From a virus (lineage: Duplodnaviria; Caudoviricetes): a DNA stretch of 55,205 bases. Where the stretch lies: IMG/VR virus record IMGVR_UViG_3300003660_000066, positions 1-55,205 of that record, one strand, 5' to 3'. The stretch's first letter is position 1; each line of letters begins with the position of its first letter. The translations under genes were made by a program, and so were the position numbers. The notes under the pieces are model-generated. The model searched no databases, was not told the origin of the DNA, and was given only the letters and a program-made list of their open reading frames with translations. This document shows positions 52,782-55,205 of the stretch, piece by piece.

Positions 52782-53435
52782 ATGAACGAGCGCGAGGAGC
52801 GCGCGGCGATCGTCGGCGCCGCGCAGGAGATGGAGCGGCTGGGGCTCAATCACGGCTCGGCCGGCAATCTGTCGTTGCGGGTGGGCGACGCCGGGCTTGT
52901 GACGCCGAGCGGCGTTCCGAGCCGCGAACTCTCGCCTGAGGCGATCGCGCGCATGCCGCTTGCCGGCGAGGGGACATTCGAGGGTCCTTTGCCACCCTCA
53001 AGCGAGTGGCGCTTTCATCTCGACATCTATCGCGCCCGGCCGGACGTGAACGCGATCGTCCATATGCATTCGCCCTATGCGACGACGATCGCGACCTTGC
53101 GGCGCGACATTCCCGCTGTGCATTACATGATCGCCGCCTTCGGCGGTCCGACCGTGCGCTGCGTGGATTATGCGCCTTACGGAACGGCGGAGCTGTCGCA
53201 GCTCGTCGTCGCCGGGCTAAAGGATCGCGACGGCGTGCTGCTCGCCAATCACGGCGCTATCGTCACTGGCGCGAATATGCGCAGAACCATGTGGCGCGCC
53301 GTCGAACTCGAAGCGCTCGCGCAGGTCTTCTACCTCGGCGCGCTCGCCGGCGAGCCGGTCGTGCTTTCCGATGAGGAAATTATGCGCACGGTGGAGCGCT
53401 TCAAGAATTACGGAACGCGCGAGACGACAAAGTAG
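52782..53435 (+). CDS. Class II aldolase (FucA-like)
   Basis: GNLSLR, TPSG, PSSEWRFH, HMHSPYA, LLANHG. Confidence 0.9.
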   Translation: MNEREERAAIVGAAQEMERLGLNHGSAGNLSLRVGDAGLVTPSGVPSRELSPEAIARMPLAGEGTFEGPLPPSSEWRFHLDIYRARPDVNAIVHMHSPYATTIATLRRDIPAVHYMIAAFGGPTVRCVDYAPYGTAELSQLVVAGLKDRDGVLLANHGAIVTGANMRRTMWRAVELEALAQVFYLGALAGEPVVLSDEEIMRTVERFKNYGTRETTK

Positions 53436-53440
53436 CACCT

Positions 53441-53545
53441 TTGTCATTCCCGGAAGGCCGAAGGCCTAACCGGGAATCCAGTTCAACGTCTTCATGATGG
53501 CTTGTTCTGGATTCCCGATCGCGCTGCGCGCGTCGGGAATGACAA
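53441..53545. repeat. Host REP-like inverted doublet between convergent genes
   Basis: TTGTCATTCCCG...CGGGAATCCAG ... CTGGATTCCCG...CGGGAATGACAA. Confidence 0.8.
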
Positions 53546-53566
53546 GAGCCTGCAGCGTCCATGCGG

Positions 53567-54655
53567 CTAACCGGCAAGGTCCGGGAACAATCCCTTCAGC
53601 CCTTCTTCCGTGGCGGCGCAGACGCCGCGCTCGGTGATCAGCCCCGTGACGAAGCGCGACGGCGTCACGTCGAAGCCGAAATTGCGCGCCGTGGAACCGT
53701 CGGGCGTGAGCTGAATCTCGATTGGCGCGCCGTCGGCGTTGCGTCCACTGATATGCGTCACTTCGCGCGCGCTGCGCTCTTCGATCGGGATATCGCGGAC
53801 GCCGTCGGCGATGCGCCAGTCCACGGTCGACGACGGCAGCGCGACATAGAACGGCACGTCATTGTCATGCGCGGCGAGCGCCTTGAGATAGGTGCCGATC
53901 TTGTTGCACACGTCTCCGGCGCGGGTCGTGCGGTCGCTGCCGACGATGACGAGATCGACAAGCCCGTGCTGCATGAGATGGCCGCCGGCGTTGTCGGCGA
54001 TGATCGTGTGCGGAATCTCTTCGCCCAGCAGTTCGAAGGCGGTGAGGCTTGCGCCCTGATTGCGCGGACGGGTCTCGTCGACCCAGACATGAATGGGCGC
54101 GCCCTGCCGCGCAGCCGTGTAGATCGGCGCCAGCGCCGTGCCCCAGTCGACCGTGGCGAGCCAGCCGGCGTTGCAATGGGTGAGAATGTTGATCGGACCG
54201 TCGCCCCGGCGCGCCCTGTCGATGAGTTCGGCGCCGGCTGTGCCGATGGCTTGGCAGGCGGCCACGTCTTCTTCCGCGATCTTGCCGGCTTCGGCATAGG
54301 CTAGGTCGGCCCGCGCCGACGGCGGCGCCGCGAGCAGCGCCGCGCGCAGCCGGTCGAGCGCCCAGCGCAGATTGACGGCCGTCGGCCGCGTGGCGAGCAG
54401 CAGCGCATGGGCGCTTTCGATCGCCGCGTCGCTTGGATCGCGCGCGGCGGCGAGGGCCATGCCATAGGCGCCCGTTACGCCGATCAGCGGCGCTCCGCGC
54501 ACCGTCATGTCGCGAATGGCGGCGGCGGCGTCTTCGCAGCTCGCGAGCGCTTTCGTCTCGAAACGATGCGGCAGCCTGGTCTGGTCGATGACTTGGACTC
54601 GCCGCCCGTCTGAGTCGAGCCAGATCGTTCTGTAGTCGCGGCCGTTGATTCTCAT
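53567..54655 (-). CDS. mtnA: S-methyl-5-thioribose-1-phosphate isomerase
   Basis: [47 protein letters not shown]. Confidence 0.95.
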   Translation of the reverse strand: MRINGRDYRTIWLDSDGRRVQVIDQTRLPHRFETKALASCEDAAAAIRDMTVRGAPLIGVTGAYGMALAAARDPSDAAIESAHALLLATRPTAVNLRWALDRLRAALLAAPPSARADLAYAEAGKIAEEDVAACQAIGTAGAELIDRARRGDGPINILTHCNAGWLATVDWGTALAPIYTAARQGAPIHVWVDETRPRNQGASLTAFELLGEEIPHTIIADNAGGHLMQHGLVDLVIVGSDRTTRAGDVCNKIGTYLKALAAHDNDVPFYVALPSSTVDWRIADGVRDIPIEERSAREVTHISGRNADGAPIEIQLTPDGSTARNFGFDVTPSRFVTGLITERGVCAATEEGLKGLFPDLAG

Positions 54656-54773
54656 GTTTTTCGTTCTGCCTGCTCAAAAGTCGCGCTTGGACGACGGCGT
54701 CCTTCGCGCCATGTTAGAGGGCGCCGCGACGCCATGCTAGAAGCCTATCGAACGCGGCTGCTCCACTGGACAC

Positions 54774-55205
54774 ATGGCGCAAAGATTATCGGTTCGATAC
54801 GCCGAATCGCTCGACCGCGTCGCGGCGGCGGCCTGGGACGCCTGCGCGAATCCCGCAGGCCTGCCGGATTCGGTCGGCGAGCGACACAATCCTTTCGTTT
54901 CGCACGCCTTCCTGCGCGCGCTTGAAGCGTCGAAGTCGGTCGGCGCGCGCGCCGGATGGCGGGTCGCGCATACGCTGGTAGAGGATTCGCTGGGGCGTCT
55001 TGTCGCCTGCGCGCCGGCCTATATCAAGACGCATAGTCTCGGCGAATATGTGTTCGATCAGAGCTGGGCGCAGGCCTATGAGCTTGCCGGCGGGCGATAT
55101 TATCCGAAGATCCAGGTCGCGGCGCCTTTTACGCCGGTCACGGGGCGCCGGCTGCTGGTCGCGAAGGACGCGCCGGCGGGCGCGCGCGAGGCGCTGATCG
55201 CCGGG
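54774..55205 (+). CDS. FemAB-like GNAT-family protein (partial, runs off the window)
   Basis: NPFVSHAFLRALE, HSLGEYVFD, YYPK, PFTPVTG; absent from the ORF track because it has no stop in the window. Confidence 0.85.
   Translation, partial: MAQRLSVRYAESLDRVAAAAWDACANPAGLPDSVGERHNPFVSHAFLRALEASKSVGARAGWRVAHTLVEDSLGRLVACAPAYIKTHSLGEYVFDQSWAQAYELAGGRYYPKIQVAAPFTPVTGRRLLVAKDAPAGAREALIAG

Overview
Nearly the whole window (522-52639, ~52 kb) is an apparently complete temperate prophage of a high-GC alphaproteobacterium. The host looks Hyphomicrobiales-like from GcrA, GapR and REP-type palindromes; the genus cannot be fixed from this sequence. The prophage sits in the 3' end of a tRNA with a CAU anticodon (probably tRNA-Ile2) and is bounded by a perfect 49-bp direct repeat. 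From right to left it carries a tyrosine integrase/excisionase and early operon (+), a cI/cro switch with five operators, replication and regulatory genes (GapR, AAA+, GcrA, HNH, MT-A70, initiator, NusG paralogue), a lambda-like cos/terminase/head, a Mu-like contractile tail, tail-fibre-like genes and a lysis cassette (all -). Host genes flank it: a Gly-rich exported protein, a class II aldolase, mtnA and a FemAB-like GNAT. The most unusual signals are invisible in the supplied ORF track. (1) Eleven closely packed 25-59 aa hydrophobic micro-ORFs surround the endolysin, with further clusters behind cro and in the early operon. (2) Ten copies of an unnamed covarying hairpin repeat (outer stem-GAGCGGT-inner hairpin-GAGCGA-outer stem) are scattered through the phage. 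(3) There is a phage-borne MmgR/alpha-r8(suhB)-like sRNA. (4) An MT-A70 methyltransferase and an HNH nuclease share the same N-terminal domain. (5) A NusG paralogue precedes a long structured late leader. All family assignments come from motif recognition by eye, not database searches.
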